A DNA stretch of 64,000 nt from Verrucomicrobiota bacterium. Lineage in GTDB: Bacteria; Verrucomicrobiota; Verrucomicrobiia; Limisphaerales; J093. The translations under genes were made by a program, and so were the position numbers. Of the stretch, positions 21,325 through 31,854 are shown one piece after another. Position 1 is the stretch's first letter. The number at the start of each line of letters is the position of its first letter. Under the pieces are notes generated by a model that was given only the letters and a program-made list of their open reading frames with translations, did not search any database and was not told the DNA's origin. The DNA lies in NCBI GenBank assembly GCA_027493615.1, contig JAOSKK010000001.1, positions 175,629 to 239,628 on the forward strand, in the 5' to 3' direction.

Positions 21325-21438
21325 GTAGGCGCCGACGTGAGGTAGGCGCCGACGTGAGGAGGCGACGTCGCGTTGCCCCCGAACCGCAACGCCTCCTCAC
21401 GTCGGCACCCTACCACGCCTTCTCACGTCGGCACCTAC
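21325..21438. repeat. REP-like element, nested double unit (site B)
   Basis: There are two left arms: a partial one at 21325..21342 and a full one at 21342..21364. The loop is nearly identical to that of site A (CGTCGCGTTGCCCCCGAACCGCAA). Two right arms follow, CGCCTCCTCACGTCGGCACCCTAC (21390..21413) and CGCCTTCTCACGTCGGCACCTAC (21416..21438). The site lies between convergent genes. Confidence 0.85.
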
Positions 21439-21459
21439 AGCGGGTAAGCGATTCCCGGG

Positions 21460-22791
21460 CTAGGCTCCGGGCGCCACGTAGGTTTCCTCCGGCGGCAGTT
21501 GGCGGACGATCATGTCCACCGTGCGCTCGATGGCGCCGGTGCTGGACTTGACCACTCGCAGGGCGTTGGCCCCCAGCACGCGCCGGCGACCCGCATCCGC
21601 CAGCAAGGCGCCCACCACCCGCTCCAGCTCGGCGGCGTCCTGGACCTGTACCGCCCCGTCCTCGCGCACAAAGGCCGCCGCAATGGCCTCGAAGTTCTGC
21701 ATGTTCGGCCCAAACACCATCGCTTTGCCCAGCGCCCCCGGCTCGATGGGGTTCTGTCCTCCCCGCGCGGTCAGGCTCTTGCCCACGAAGATGACGGTTG
21801 CCTCTTCGTAGAAAGACCGGAGCTCGCCGGTGGTGTTGACCACCAGCGCCTGCAGCGAGCGCTCGGCCCAGCGATTCGCCGCCGTGATCTCGCGACGGTA
21901 CACAAACGGGATGCCGCGCTGCTCGAGTTCGCGGCCCACCTCCCGGCCCCGTTCAAAATGCCGGGGGACCAACACCAGAAACAGGTCGGGAAACCGGGCG
22001 CGCAGACGCAGGAACACCTCCGCCAGAATGGCCTCTTCCCCGGCGTGCGTGCTGCCGCCCAGCAGCACTGGGGCGTTGGCCGGCACGCCGAGTTGGCGCA
22101 GAATCGCCGCCACATCCAGCGCGCAGCGTTCCTCGAGTCGCGCTCCCTCGAACTTCAGGCTTCCCAGCACCTGCACGGCTTCGGGACGGCAACCCAGCTC
22201 CACCCAGCGCGCGGCGTCCGTCTCGGTCTGGGCCCCCACACCGGCAAACGTTCCCAGCAGCGGGCGGAACAGAAAACCGAAGCGGCGGTAGGCCCGGTAG
22301 GAGCGTTCAGAAAGGCGCGCGTTCACCAGCACGACCGGCGTCCGGCGGGCGCGCAGGCTCCAAAGGAAGTTCGGCCAGATCTCGGATTCGACCAGTACCA
22401 CGATTTTCGGTCGGATGACCTTGAGTGAGCGCGAGACCCACCGGCGCAGGTCCAACGGCCAGTAGATCTTCTCGATGCGACCCGGGAGCCGCCGGTGCAG
22501 TTCCTCGCGCCCCGTCGAAGTGTACGTCGAGCAAACCAGCTTGAGATTCGGCACCCGTCGCTCCAAGGCCTGCAGCAGGGGCAGGGCCAGGTTGACTTCA
22601 CCCACGCTGGCGGCGTGCAGCCACAGCACCTGGCGGTTCGTCAGCCCCACCTTGATCCGGGAGCTGAACCGCCCGAAACGCTCGCCCACACCCGAGCGCC
22701 AGCCCCCCCGCCGCATCATCTTCATCAGATAATACGGCGACGTCAGTACCAGCAGGATCGCAAAGAGGATGTTGTAGCAGGCGCGCATCAC
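21460..22791 (-). CDS. waaA: 3-deoxy-D-manno-octulosonic acid (Kdo) transferase
   Basis: Intact 443-aa ORF. It has an N-terminal TM helix, 'GERFGRF', 'LWLHAASVGEVNLALPLL' and 'GGSTHAGEE', and its length and layout are typical of WaaA/KdtA. Confidence 0.9.
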   Translation of the reverse strand: MMRACYNILFAILLVLTSPYYLMKMMRRGGWRSGVGERFGRFSSRIKVGLTNRQVLWLHAASVGEVNLALPLLQALERRVPNLKLVCSTYTSTGREELHRRLPGRIEKIYWPLDLRRWVSRSLKVIRPKIVVLVESEIWPNFLWSLRARRTPVVLVNARLSERSYRAYRRFGFLFRPLLGTFAGVGAQTETDAARWVELGCRPEAVQVLGSLKFEGARLEERCALDVAAILRQLGVPANAPVLLGGSTHAGEEAILAEVFLRLRARFPDLFLVLVPRHFERGREVGRELEQRGIPFVYRREITAANRWAERSLQALVVNTTGELRSFYEEATVIFVGKSLTARGGQNPIEPGALGKAMVFGPNMQNFEAIAAAFVREDGAVQVQDAAELERVVGALLADAGRRRVLGANALRVVKSSTGAIERTVDMIVRQLPPEETYVAPGA

Positions 22792-22920
22792 TCAGGCCGC
22801 GGCCCGCGATTCTGGGACCCCGCCCGAGCCGGTGCAACCCGGCAGTGGGGTCGATCCTCGATTTCCCGTTGACGACATGGGCCGGGTTGTGAGGACATAC
22901 TGAATTCTTAATGTGGTTGG

Positions 22921-25900
22921 ATGCTTGAAACGATGCCTAGAGGACGAAAATCCGTCGCCCCGCGCCCGGCTCAGGTCAACAAATACGACGCCACCCATAC
23001 GGCGCTCAAGACCGCGTATGGCGAGTGGGCGGACCTTCGCCGGGAACTTGCCGATTCCCGCGCCGCCGTCGAGGAACGCACCCAGTTGCTGGACCTCTTC
23101 GCCGGCTGCCAGGACTCCCAGCGCGCCTGGCTCCTCCTCGAGGACTACTTCGGCAAGCTCTCCCTCGCGCGCCGCGACTTCGCCGGTAACGAGTGGTGGG
23201 CCCGCCTTCTCGCCGTCCAGGGCCGCGCCCGCCTCGAGGAAACCGCCCTCCTCTTCCTGCGCAACAACCGGCCCCTGCCCAAGGAGCTCTCCGGCTACGC
23301 CAACTTCGAACGCCTCGCCGAACTCGAACGCGCCGAGAAGGAACAACAGCGCATCGCGGAGCTCGAACGCTGGCTGCTCCCCCAACTCGATCACCTCGAC
23401 TCGCCCCGCGCCCGGTTGCGCGTCCTCGCCAAAGCCGTCCCCAGCGCCACCGCGCCCGGCCGCCATGAACTCGAGCTCGACTTCCTCCTGTTCCGCCCCC
23501 GCTCCGGCGAGAAGGGCCGGACGTTGGCCGAACTGATCGAGTTGACCACCCGGGCCATGCATGAGCAGGAGCTCTTCGCCCCGCGCGACTGGGAGTTCCT
23601 TCGCTGGCTGGCCACCTTCTACACCAACGTCACCCTTCCGGAAGGCCCCTTGCGCCTCGCCGGCCTCGACCTGCTCCAGTGGCTCGCGCACTGGGGCAAC
23701 CCGCCCTGGATCGAATGGTCCGGCCGCGCCGAGAACGTCTTCTTCACCGGCCAGATGGCCGAGTTCGTCCCCCACCTCGAGAACGGTGACCACGAACTTG
23801 CCTTCACCCAACGCCTCCGCCTCCCGGGCAGCCAGGAACTCGACCTCACCCAGGCCCGCTTCTTCGCCGGCCAACCTCCGCTCATCGCCGTCGAACAGAC
23901 CTTCTACCTTCTCCGCAACGCCCCCGCCCCGGAATTGCTCGACTCTTTGCTGGCCCAACCCCGGGTCCCGGTCCGCAAACTCAGTCACCGCCTCCTCACC
24001 CACCTCCGCAAGACCCGCACGGGCAATGGCTCGGATTGGGGCAGCCTCTGCCGCGCCCACCACGCCCGCCCCCAGTTCACCTTCGAACTGGAAGACGAAA
24101 CCGTCCGCCTCCGCCTCCGCGCCGTCAGTGACCTCGACCAGAGTCGTTGGCAGTGGAACGGTCACGAATGGCAGCCCAGCGAGCCGCCCGCTACGACACC
24201 GGACAAACCCGAGGTCCTCGACGACCCCCGCCTCGACGCCGCCACCCAGTGGCTCCGCCGCCTCGACTGGTTCACCCCCGAGGCTGGCCTGTGGGTCGGC
24301 GATGCCAACGACGCCTTCCTCAGCTCCCTTGCCACCGCCTGGCCCGACCGACCCGCGCAGGCCGATTACCTCGCCAACGCCGCCTTTCAGCGCCTCTTCC
24401 TCCAGCCCCGCCAGCTCAAACCCAAGATCATTGTCCAGGGTAGTGGCATCGACTGGTTCGCCGTCTCCGCCGCCTGGGAACAGGAAGGCCTCAAGCTCAC
24501 CAAGGCCGACCTCGAACGGCTCGCCGCCGCCACCTCGCGCTTCGTCAAACTGCCCGACAGCGGTTGGGTCCAGCTCGACCTCGGCGCCGTGCAGCAGGCC
24601 CACGAAACCATGGCCGACCTCGGCCTCGACACCCTCTCCGCTCTGCCCCAAAAGGTCGACATGGTGCAGGCCGTGCACCTCGGCGAGGAAGGCCTCCAGC
24701 GCTTCGCCGATCTCCCCGAAACCCGCGCCCTCCGCGAACGCCTCGGCAACTTCCGCGGCGTTGCCTCCGTCCCCCTGCCCGCTGGCCTCAAGGCCGAGAT
24801 GCGTCCCTACCAGAAGGCCGGCTTCGACTTCCTCTGCCACCTCGCCCAGGTCAAGCTCGGGGGCATCCTGGCCGACGACATGGGCCTGGGCAAAACCCTC
24901 CAGACCCTGTGCTGGCTTGCCTGGCTCAAGGAACAGCATCCCAAGCGACCCAAACCCGTCCTGGTCATCTGCCCGGCGTCCGTCCTCCATAACTGGCGTC
25001 GCGAGGCCGAGAAGTTCACCCCCCATCTCAAAGTCCTGGTCTTCGAGAGCGGCCCCGCCCGGCACAACCTCCGCAAACTCATCCCCCAACACGACATCGT
25101 CGTCACCAACTACGCCCTGCTCCGACGCGACCTCGAGGGCCCTCAAGCGTTTCACGTTCCGCGCCGTCATTCTGGACGAGGCCCAGTTCATCAAGAACCC
25201 CGCCGCCCAGGTCAGCCAGTCCGTCAAACAACTTGAAGCCGACCACCGCCTGGCCCTCACCGGCACCCCGCTCGAAAACCGCCTGCTCGACCTCTGGAGC
25301 ATCGTTGACTTCGTCCAGCCCGCCTACCTCGGCACCCAGCAGCAGTTCCACGAGACCTACGAACCCACCGGCGAGGACGCCGAATGGAACCAGCGCATGG
25401 CGCGCCGCAAACTCTCCGCCAAGCTGCGCCCCCGTCCTCCTCCGCCGCCTCAAGAAGCAGGTCGCCCAGGACCTCCCGGACCGCATCGAGGAACGCCGCG
25501 ATTGCGAGCTCGAGGAGGCCCAGCGCAAACTCTACCTTGCCGAGCTGCGGCGCAGCCGCGAACAGGTCCTCCAAACCGTCCAGGAAAAGGGCCTCGCCCG
25601 CAGCAAACTCCAGGTCCTCGCAGCCCTCACCCGCCTCCGCCAGATCTGCTGCCACCCCACGCTCGTTGGCAGCGACTGCCCGTCGGGCAAGACCGACACC
25701 CTCTTCGAGCTCATCGAGCCGCTGCTCGACGAAGGACAGAAGGTGCTCGTCTTCAGCCAGTTCGTCCGGATGCTGCTGCTCCTTCAGGAGGAATGCCGCA
25801 AACGTTCCATGCCCACCCATCTGCTCACGGGCGATACCAAGAACCGGCAGGAGGTCGTCCAGGCCTTCCAGGAGGATCCCAACCCCTCGATCTTCCTCCT

Positions 25901-26192
25901 CAGCCTCCGCGCCGCCGGCACCGGCCTCAACCTCACCACCGCCAGCTACGTCGTCCTCTACGATCCCTGGTGGAACCCCGCCGTCGAAGCCCAGGCCATC
26001 GACCGCACCCACCGCATCGGCCAGACCCGCACCGTCAACGCCTATCGCCTCATCACCCCCGGCACCGTCGAGGAAAAGATCTGGGAACTCCAGCAGCGCA
26101 AGGCGCAGACCATCGCCGACGTCCTCGGGGAGGAAGGCTTCGCCCGCAGCCTCACCCGCGCCGACCTCGAATACCTGTTTGCCGAAGACTGA
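22921..26192 (+). CDS. SNF2-family helicase with a ~600-aa N-terminal domain of unknown function; frame broken twice
   Basis: ORFs 22921..25236, 23561..26290 (middle part only) and 25233..26192 join at G3 25137..25139 (...LLRRDLE / ALKRFTFRAVILDEAQFIKN...) and C5 25429..25433 (...SAKLRP / VLLRRLKKQVA...). Motifs: 'GGILADDMGLGKTLQTL', 'VILDEAQFIKN', 'LALTGTPLENRL', 'KVLVFSQFVRML', 'LLSLRAAGTGLNLTTASYVVLYDPWWNPAVEAQAIDRTHRIGQ'. The minus ORF 22792..25302 is an antisense shadow. Confidence 0.85.
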
Positions 26193-26442
26193 CCGCCCGG
26201 CTCCCGGGGTCGGACCACGACAAGTCGTTGATGGATGGAGTGATACGACTGCCGCCACCCTTCCCGGAAGACCTTGGGGGCAACTTCTGACGCCGAATCC
26301 TGCCTCCAAGGCCAGGACGGATGACCGGGGGGAGGGTGCGGTGGCCTGCCCGGCTTGTTGCAGGTCAAAACCACCGCGAGAAGTTGGCCGTAAGGGTATC
26401 CCGCGGCTCGAAGATCTCGCTAACCGACTTCGCGCGAAGCGC

Positions 26443-26836
26443 TTATCGTGATCCGACCTCCTCCTCAACTGGGCCCGCTTCGAACCGGGAGCGCGGGGTT
26501 CGCCATGCGGCCGCCAGCACCAGCAGCGCCGGCACAATCGTCACGCCGAAGAACAGCGGGAACCTCGGCCCCGCCTTGTCCACGAAGAAGACGAAGGCGG
26601 CGACGATGACCACCAAGCTCGCGACGCGTTCCCAGCGCCACAACGCGAGCAACCCGAGTAGCAGTACCAGGTGCAGCCCGTGCGCCCACCAAACCGCCAG
26701 CGGCGGCGTCCGGGGCAGGGGGCCGTACAAACCACTCGATCGTGTGCTCGACGAAAAAACTCCCCCAGAACAGGAAGAGCAGAAGAGCCAGGATCCGGCC
26801 CGCCCAACGCAGGACGGGTACAAACTTCAGATTCAT
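26443..26836 (-). CDS. Small membrane protein of unknown function; frame broken once
   Basis: 'MNLKFVPVLRWAGRILALLLFLFWGSFFVEHTIEWFV' (frame of ORF 26465..26851, ATG 26836) continues as '...PPLAVWWAHGLHLVLLLGLLALWRWERVASLVVIVAAFVFFVDKAGPRFPLFFGVTIVPALLVLAAAW' (ORF 26443..26823), with the shift near 26720. Confidence 0.5.
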
Positions 26837-26957
26837 TGCCAGCGTATGCACGGCGGAATCTCTACACCCCCACCGCCGCCCGGCGTGAATCGAAAGTCAC
26901 ACCCCCGCTATCGGTTGTCTCGATGGCTCCTCTCCGTGCCTTCGCGAGTACCCATGC

Positions 26958-28366
26958 TTACTCGATGACGACCTGCATCCGAAGCTCGAGCGGTTCCCGG
27001 TCAGGGCCGAGGCTGATGAGCTTGGCCGTGTAGCGGCCGGGCGTCGCGTACACGTGAGTCGCTTCCGCCTCGACCTGCATGGCGGGGGAACCGTCGCCGA
27101 ATTCCAGGGTCACGGGTGCGGTCGTGCCCCACAGCCGGGTCCAGAAGCGCACCGGCATTCCCGGCCGGCCCCCGCGCACGGGTGAGTGGTAGAACCAGCC
27201 TGCACCCATGCGCCCGCCCCGCTCCCGGTCCCATACGCGGAGTTGCACGTAGTCGCGATCCTCACTTCCATCATCAGCCCAGACACGCAGCTCTTCGCTG
27301 TACAGCCCGGGCCGATCCGCCCGGACCACCGCCTGCGCCGCGTCGACCTCGCGTCCATCATGGAGCAACCAGCGGTGGCGGACGATGCGTCCCCGGGCCG
27401 TGCCACGCTCCGCGAGGCGTCCAGCTCCACCGGTTCGCCCGGCATCGCGTAATGGTAGCCGCCCGCCACAGCGAGGACCGAATCCGGGTAGTCGCGCAGG
27501 TAGGCCTCCAGCGCGAACGGGTAGCTCGCCAGCGGTTGGCCATCGCGGAACACACCCCAATGCAGATGCGGATCATTGACCTGGGATCGCGGCCCGTCCC
27601 ACGTCATGCCGGTGCGGCCGAGCCGTTGGCCAGTCCCGACGACGACCCCCTCGGTCAGCCCGGCGGGAATCGTCTCCAGGTTCATGTGGTAGTAGGCGAA
27701 CTCGAGACCGGAAGCATGGCGGATGCGCAGATGGTTCGAATCCCCGTCGCCCTCCGGTAGCGGGGACTGGATCACGGTTCCGCCAAGGCTGGCCACGACT
27801 TCGAGCTCATCCGGGATCGCTCCGAAGTCTTCCCCGCGATGGTAGTAGAGCTTGTTGTAGGGAACGAGGGCCCCCCACGTGTTGCCATAGGTGTTCGCCT
27901 GCCAGCGAAAACGGGCGATGGGGAACCGCAGTTCCGGCGGGCCCCAGGGCATTCCCTCCGCCACGCAGGACATCTTGACGTGATGGGTCATCCCGACCAG
28001 CGGATCCAGTTGCGGCGTGGTGGCCCACGTGTGCGTGCTTTCCACGTACAGGCGCAGACCGTCCACCAGCCGAGGCGGCTCGAACGGACGCGCCCAGAGC
28101 GTGGCGCGAGTGCTCCCGACCTCGACTTGCACCTCGGCCGCACGCAGAACCGCGTGGCCGGGGGCTTCGGCGAGATGCCAGTTCGGCCAGCGGGATTCCT
28201 CCACCTGCAGCAGCCGGACTCCGCGCCGGACCTCACCCCCCGGGCCCGGGACACGGATTTCCTTCGCCTGACCGATGTCCAGTTCGAAGACCCGCGGCAG
28301 AGAGTCGCCGTGCTGCACCCAGGCGGTCCCCAATGGCACGAGCAGGCGGAATGAAAGGAAGCGCAT
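26958..28366 (-). CDS. Secreted M23-family metallopeptidase with a C-terminal PKD-like domain; frame broken once
   Basis: ATG 28366 'MRFLSFRLLVPLGTAWV'. M23 motifs 'YHRGEDFG' (HxxxD) and 'DPHLHWGV' (HxH). The C-terminal part in the frame of ORF 26958..27560 ('RHRWLLHDGREVD...THVYATPGRYTAKLISLG') looks PKD-like. The join is near 27405. Confidence 0.8.
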
Positions 28367-28600
28367 GGGGGTAGAGTTCCTGCTGGCCTGATCCCGTGAG
28401 AGTTCTGCTGGCACCTGGACGGGGTCGTTGCCCGCGGGCAAAGTCCTCCTTTGCGCACCCCGCGTAAACCGAAAAGGACGCGGGCGCGGGGCCTGCGCCG
28501 TCGGGGCGCCGAACCCCAGGCTGGCACGGGTCCCGCCTGCCCCGAGGGATCCGTATTGCCTCCGCGAGCCCCCGGCGTCACCCCTGCTCCCCACCGGTGG

Positions 28601-29202
28601 CTATGGCCACGGATTCTCGACGCGGTAGAACCGCCGGCTGTCCTTTGCCGGTTGGCTGTCGGTGAACTCATACCAGCCGGGGCAGAACTCCGTCGCCATC
28701 CCGCTCGGTGTCCAGTTGACGGCTGGCCCATCCAGGTCCGCGGTGCTGAGCACGCGGAAACCCAGGCCTGGCGTGTTGCGCAACCTGAAGTGAACGGCGC
28801 CCTCCGCCGACACCTCCACGCCCTCGATGACCACTGCCGTCGCGACCTCTGGTGGTGCGTCATACCGCTCGACGCTTGCGAATGCCGGGTCGTCGCTGAC
28901 CCCGCCCCCGAGGATCAGTACCTTGCCGTCGGCCAGCAGCGTGCCCGTGTGCCACTCGCGGCCGACCCCGAGCGGGGCGGGCGGCGTCATACACCAATCG
29001 GAGCCGAAACAAGGTGCTCGTTGTGCCCGTGCAGACCCGGGACGTCCAGCCGGCCGGGTAATGCCACCAGCTTGTGCCGACCAGGCCTTCGCTCTCCTTG
29101 TTCATGCGGCCCAACACGAAGCCGTGGACCACTCCAGTCTTCCACGCCTCCGTGTTGACGACCGCGAACTGCAACTGGCACGACGTATTCGAGCCCCCTC
29201 AT
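28601..29202 (-). pseudogene. Kelch-repeat-like protein remnant, multiply frame-disrupted
   Basis: ORF 28601..28990 contains one Kelch-like blade ('GREWHTGTLLADGKVLILGG') and a beta-sandwich-like tail ending 'RRFYRVENPWP'. Further Kelch-like text ('RPGRHKLVALPGRLDVPG') lies upstream in other frames (ORFs 28860..29174 and 28987..29202). There is too little room (<230 codons) before the neighbouring gene for a full-length propeller. Confidence 0.3.
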
Positions 29203-29278
29203 CCCGTCGCAACCGCACGCTCCTGTACGTGTTTCTCCCGATGCGGCCGGGATCGCTGCCTGACTCGGACCGCGCCCC

Positions 29279-30429
29279 TCAGAGCAGCTCCAGCACCCGG
29301 CCCAGTTCCGCCTGGGTGTTGTAGTAGTGCGGCGAGAGACGGAGATAGGCGCGGCCGGATCGGTCGCGGCGCAGCGACGTCACCACGCCGGCCTCGCTGA
29401 GCCGGTGATGCAGCGCCGGCAGGTCCGCGCCGGGTCGGTGGAAGGTGGTGATGCCGCCCGCGTTCTCCGGCGGTGCATCCGCCGCCAACACCTCATACCC
29501 GCGCTGCAGAAGCTCGCGCACCAGCCAAAACCGTTTCTGCTGCAGGTCCACCGTGATCGCCGGGAGCCCGACTTCAGCGAGGAGATCGAGGGCGGCGCGC
29601 AGGCCCAGGAGACCCAGCAGATTGGCGCTGCCGGCCTCGTACCGGCGGGCGTCGTTGCGGAACATGAGGTCCTCCTGGGCGACGAATTCCGGGCAACGCA
29701 GATTGTGCCAGCCGTAGACGCTGGGAGCGATCCGATCTTGCACCGCCTCACGGACGTAGAGGATTCCCGCCGCACACGGGCCGAGCAGCCACTTGTGCGC
29801 GTCCGCCGCCAGAACGTCCACGTGCTCGACGGTCGTTGGGAACGCACCCAGTGTCTGGATGCCGTCCACGCAGAACAGGATCCCCCGCGAACGGAGGGCC
29901 TGCCCCAGCCGCGGCAGCTCGAGGCGCCAACCCGAGATGAAGTGGGCTGAAGCCAGCGCGACGAGCCGGGTGTTTTCATCCACCTGCCCGAGGACCTCGG
30001 CGGCACGCAGTTCACCGAGGCGCCGGACGTTCAGGAAACGGACCTCGACGCCGCGGTCGGCCAGCGTCATCCAGGGATACACGTTGCTCGGGTAATCATC
30101 GAAGTAGATCACCGCGTTCGTGTTTCGCCGGAGATCGAGGCCGTTGGCGACGAAGCTGAGCGCCAGCGACGTCGGGCCCACCAACGCGATCTCGCCCGGT
30201 TGGGCGCCCAGCAAACGGGCGGCCGCAACGCGGGTCTCGGCCAGGAAATCCCGCGCGACCGCCGTTTCCTGATCGTCACCCGCACCCGCTTCCGCGCCCT
30301 GGGCGACGGCTTGGGCCACGCGTCGGGGCAGGGGACAGACCCGGCGTGGGCCAGGTAGATGCGCTGGCGGGTGACGGGGAACTCGTGGTTCCGGAGTGCT
30401 TCGTCGTTCTGGATTTCGGCGGGGGTCAC
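29279..30429 (-). CDS. Class V PLP-dependent aminotransferase / cysteine desulfurase-like enzyme; frame broken once
   Basis: The PLP-lysine motif is 'VLAADAHKWLLGP'. The N-terminus 'MTPAEIQNDEALRNHEFPVTRQRIYLAHAG' (ORF 30109..30429) joins ORF 29279..30319 at the C3 run 30340..30342, and the repaired reading gives the canonical '...HAGVCPLPRRVAQAV...'. Confidence 0.85.
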
Positions 30430-30451
30430 GGTCGGGGGGCGGCTGGCGGCT

Positions 30452-31405
30452 TCAGTTGACGACGTTCTGCGGGCGGCCGGCGAGGAACGCGCGGACGTTG
30501 TCGACGGCCTGCGCGAGGAGGCGTTCGCGAGCAGCGCGGGTTGCCCAGCCCAGGTGCGGGGTGATGAAGCAGTTGCGGGCGGTGAGCAGGGGATGGGTGG
30601 CCGGAGGCGGTTCGACGCTCAAGACGTCCAGGCCGGCGCCGGCCAGTCGCCCGTCGTTCAGTGCCGCCGCAAGCGCGGTCTCGTCCACGAGCGGGCCGCG
30701 CCCGGTGTTGAGCAGGAAGGCCGAAGGTTTCATCCAGGCCAGACGTTCAGTGTTGACCAGATGCCGCGTCGCGTCCGTCAGGGGACAGTGAAGCGAGACC
30801 ACATCGCTGGCGCGGAAGAGGGTTTCGAGGTCCACGAATTCGAGTCCCGCCGGCGCAGGGATCGGTGGCGTCCGTGTGTGGACGAGCACGGAGCAGCCGA
30901 ACGCGGAAGCCACGCGGGCCACGTCGCGACCCACGTGACCGAACCCGATACAACCGAAGCTGCAGCCGGCCAGTTCGAGGAGGGGCGTTTCCCAGTAGCA
31001 GAAGTCCGGGCTCCGGCTCCAGCGTCCGGCCCGCACGCCGTCGGCGTGGCGACCGACGTGGTGGGTCAGTTCGAGGAGGAGCGCGAAGGTGAGCTGGACG
31101 ACCGACGGCGTGCTGTAGCCGGGGACGTTGGTGACGGGGATGCCACGGGCGTGGGCGGCGGCCAGGTCCACGACGTTGGTGCCAGTGGCGAGCACCCCGA
31201 TGTAGCGCAGGTCGGGCAGGGCAGCGAGGCTGGCGGCGTCGAGAACGGTCTTGTTGGTCAGGACGATGGCAGCGCCGAGGGCACGGGCGACGGTGTCGGT
31301 CGGGGCGGTGCGCTCGTAGATCCGGCACTTGCCGAGAGCTTCGAGGGGGGCCCAGCTCAAGTCACCCGGATTCAGGGTATGGCCGTCGAGGACAGCGATC
31401 TTCAT
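30452..31405 (-). CDS. D-isomer-specific 2-hydroxyacid dehydrogenase (glycerate dehydrogenase-like)
   Basis: Intact 317-aa ORF. It has the NAD-binding motif 'GCIGFGHVGRDVARV', plus 'LLNTGRGPLVDE', 'GLDVLSVEPP' and 'ITPHLGWAT'. Confidence 0.9.
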   Translation of the reverse strand: MKIAVLDGHTLNPGDLSWAPLEALGKCRIYERTAPTDTVARALGAAIVLTNKTVLDAASLAALPDLRYIGVLATGTNVVDLAAAHARGIPVTNVPGYSTPSVVQLTFALLLELTHHVGRHADGVRAGRWSRSPDFCYWETPLLELAGCSFGCIGFGHVGRDVARVASAFGCSVLVHTRTPPIPAPAGLEFVDLETLFRASDVVSLHCPLTDATRHLVNTERLAWMKPSAFLLNTGRGPLVDETALAAALNDGRLAGAGLDVLSVEPPPATHPLLTARNCFITPHLGWATRAARERLLAQAVDNVRAFLAGRPQNVVN

Positions 31406-31512
31406 CGCGGTTGCGGGCCGAGCCTCGCGGTTGAGTGGTGGTTGTCAATCCAGGAGGCCATCGGCAGGACGGCTCTCCTGTGGGTCTCGGGCCGGGATGG
31501 GCTAACCGCGCT

Positions 31513-31655
31513 GTAGGCGCCGACGTGAGGAGGCGTCGTTGAGATGGGACAATTGTCACTTCGCCTCCTGACGTCGGCTCCTACCCCAATCACCCGTAGG
31601 AGTCGAGGTGACGAGACTCTGCCTCCCGCGTGAGCCTCCTGACGTCGGCTCCTAC
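31513..31655. repeat. REP-like element, composite of two units (site C)
   Basis: Left arm GTAGGCGCCGACGTGAGGAGGCG (31513..31535) and right arm CGCCTCCTGACGTCGGCTCCTAC (31562..31584). Then a degenerate left arm GTAGGAGTCGAGGTGACGAG (31596..31615) and a second right arm GCCTCCTGACGTCGGCTCCTAC (31634..31655). The site lies in a divergent intergenic region. Confidence 0.8.
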
Positions 31656-31854
31656 GGTCGGTCGAGGTCTCGCGGTGTCGCTTGGCGTTGGCGTTGCCTG
31701 CCGGCCGTGGCCGGGTAAGGTGGGGTCATGCATACGCCTCGTACGGCAGGAGAACACCGGTGGTCGCGCGGTTTTGGGTCCTGGTTTCTCGCCCTGGCCC
31801 GGCAAAGGGGAGGGTGGGCCGCTCTCGGGCTGGTGACCGCGCGGCTGGTCGGCG

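Noticed and set aside
22921-26192. The second SNF2 helicase was considered as a second defence system.
   Set aside because: It has no methyltransferase, nuclease or other defence partner next to it. It is flanked by waaA and a small membrane protein, so it looks like a stand-alone RapA/HepA-type housekeeping remodeller.
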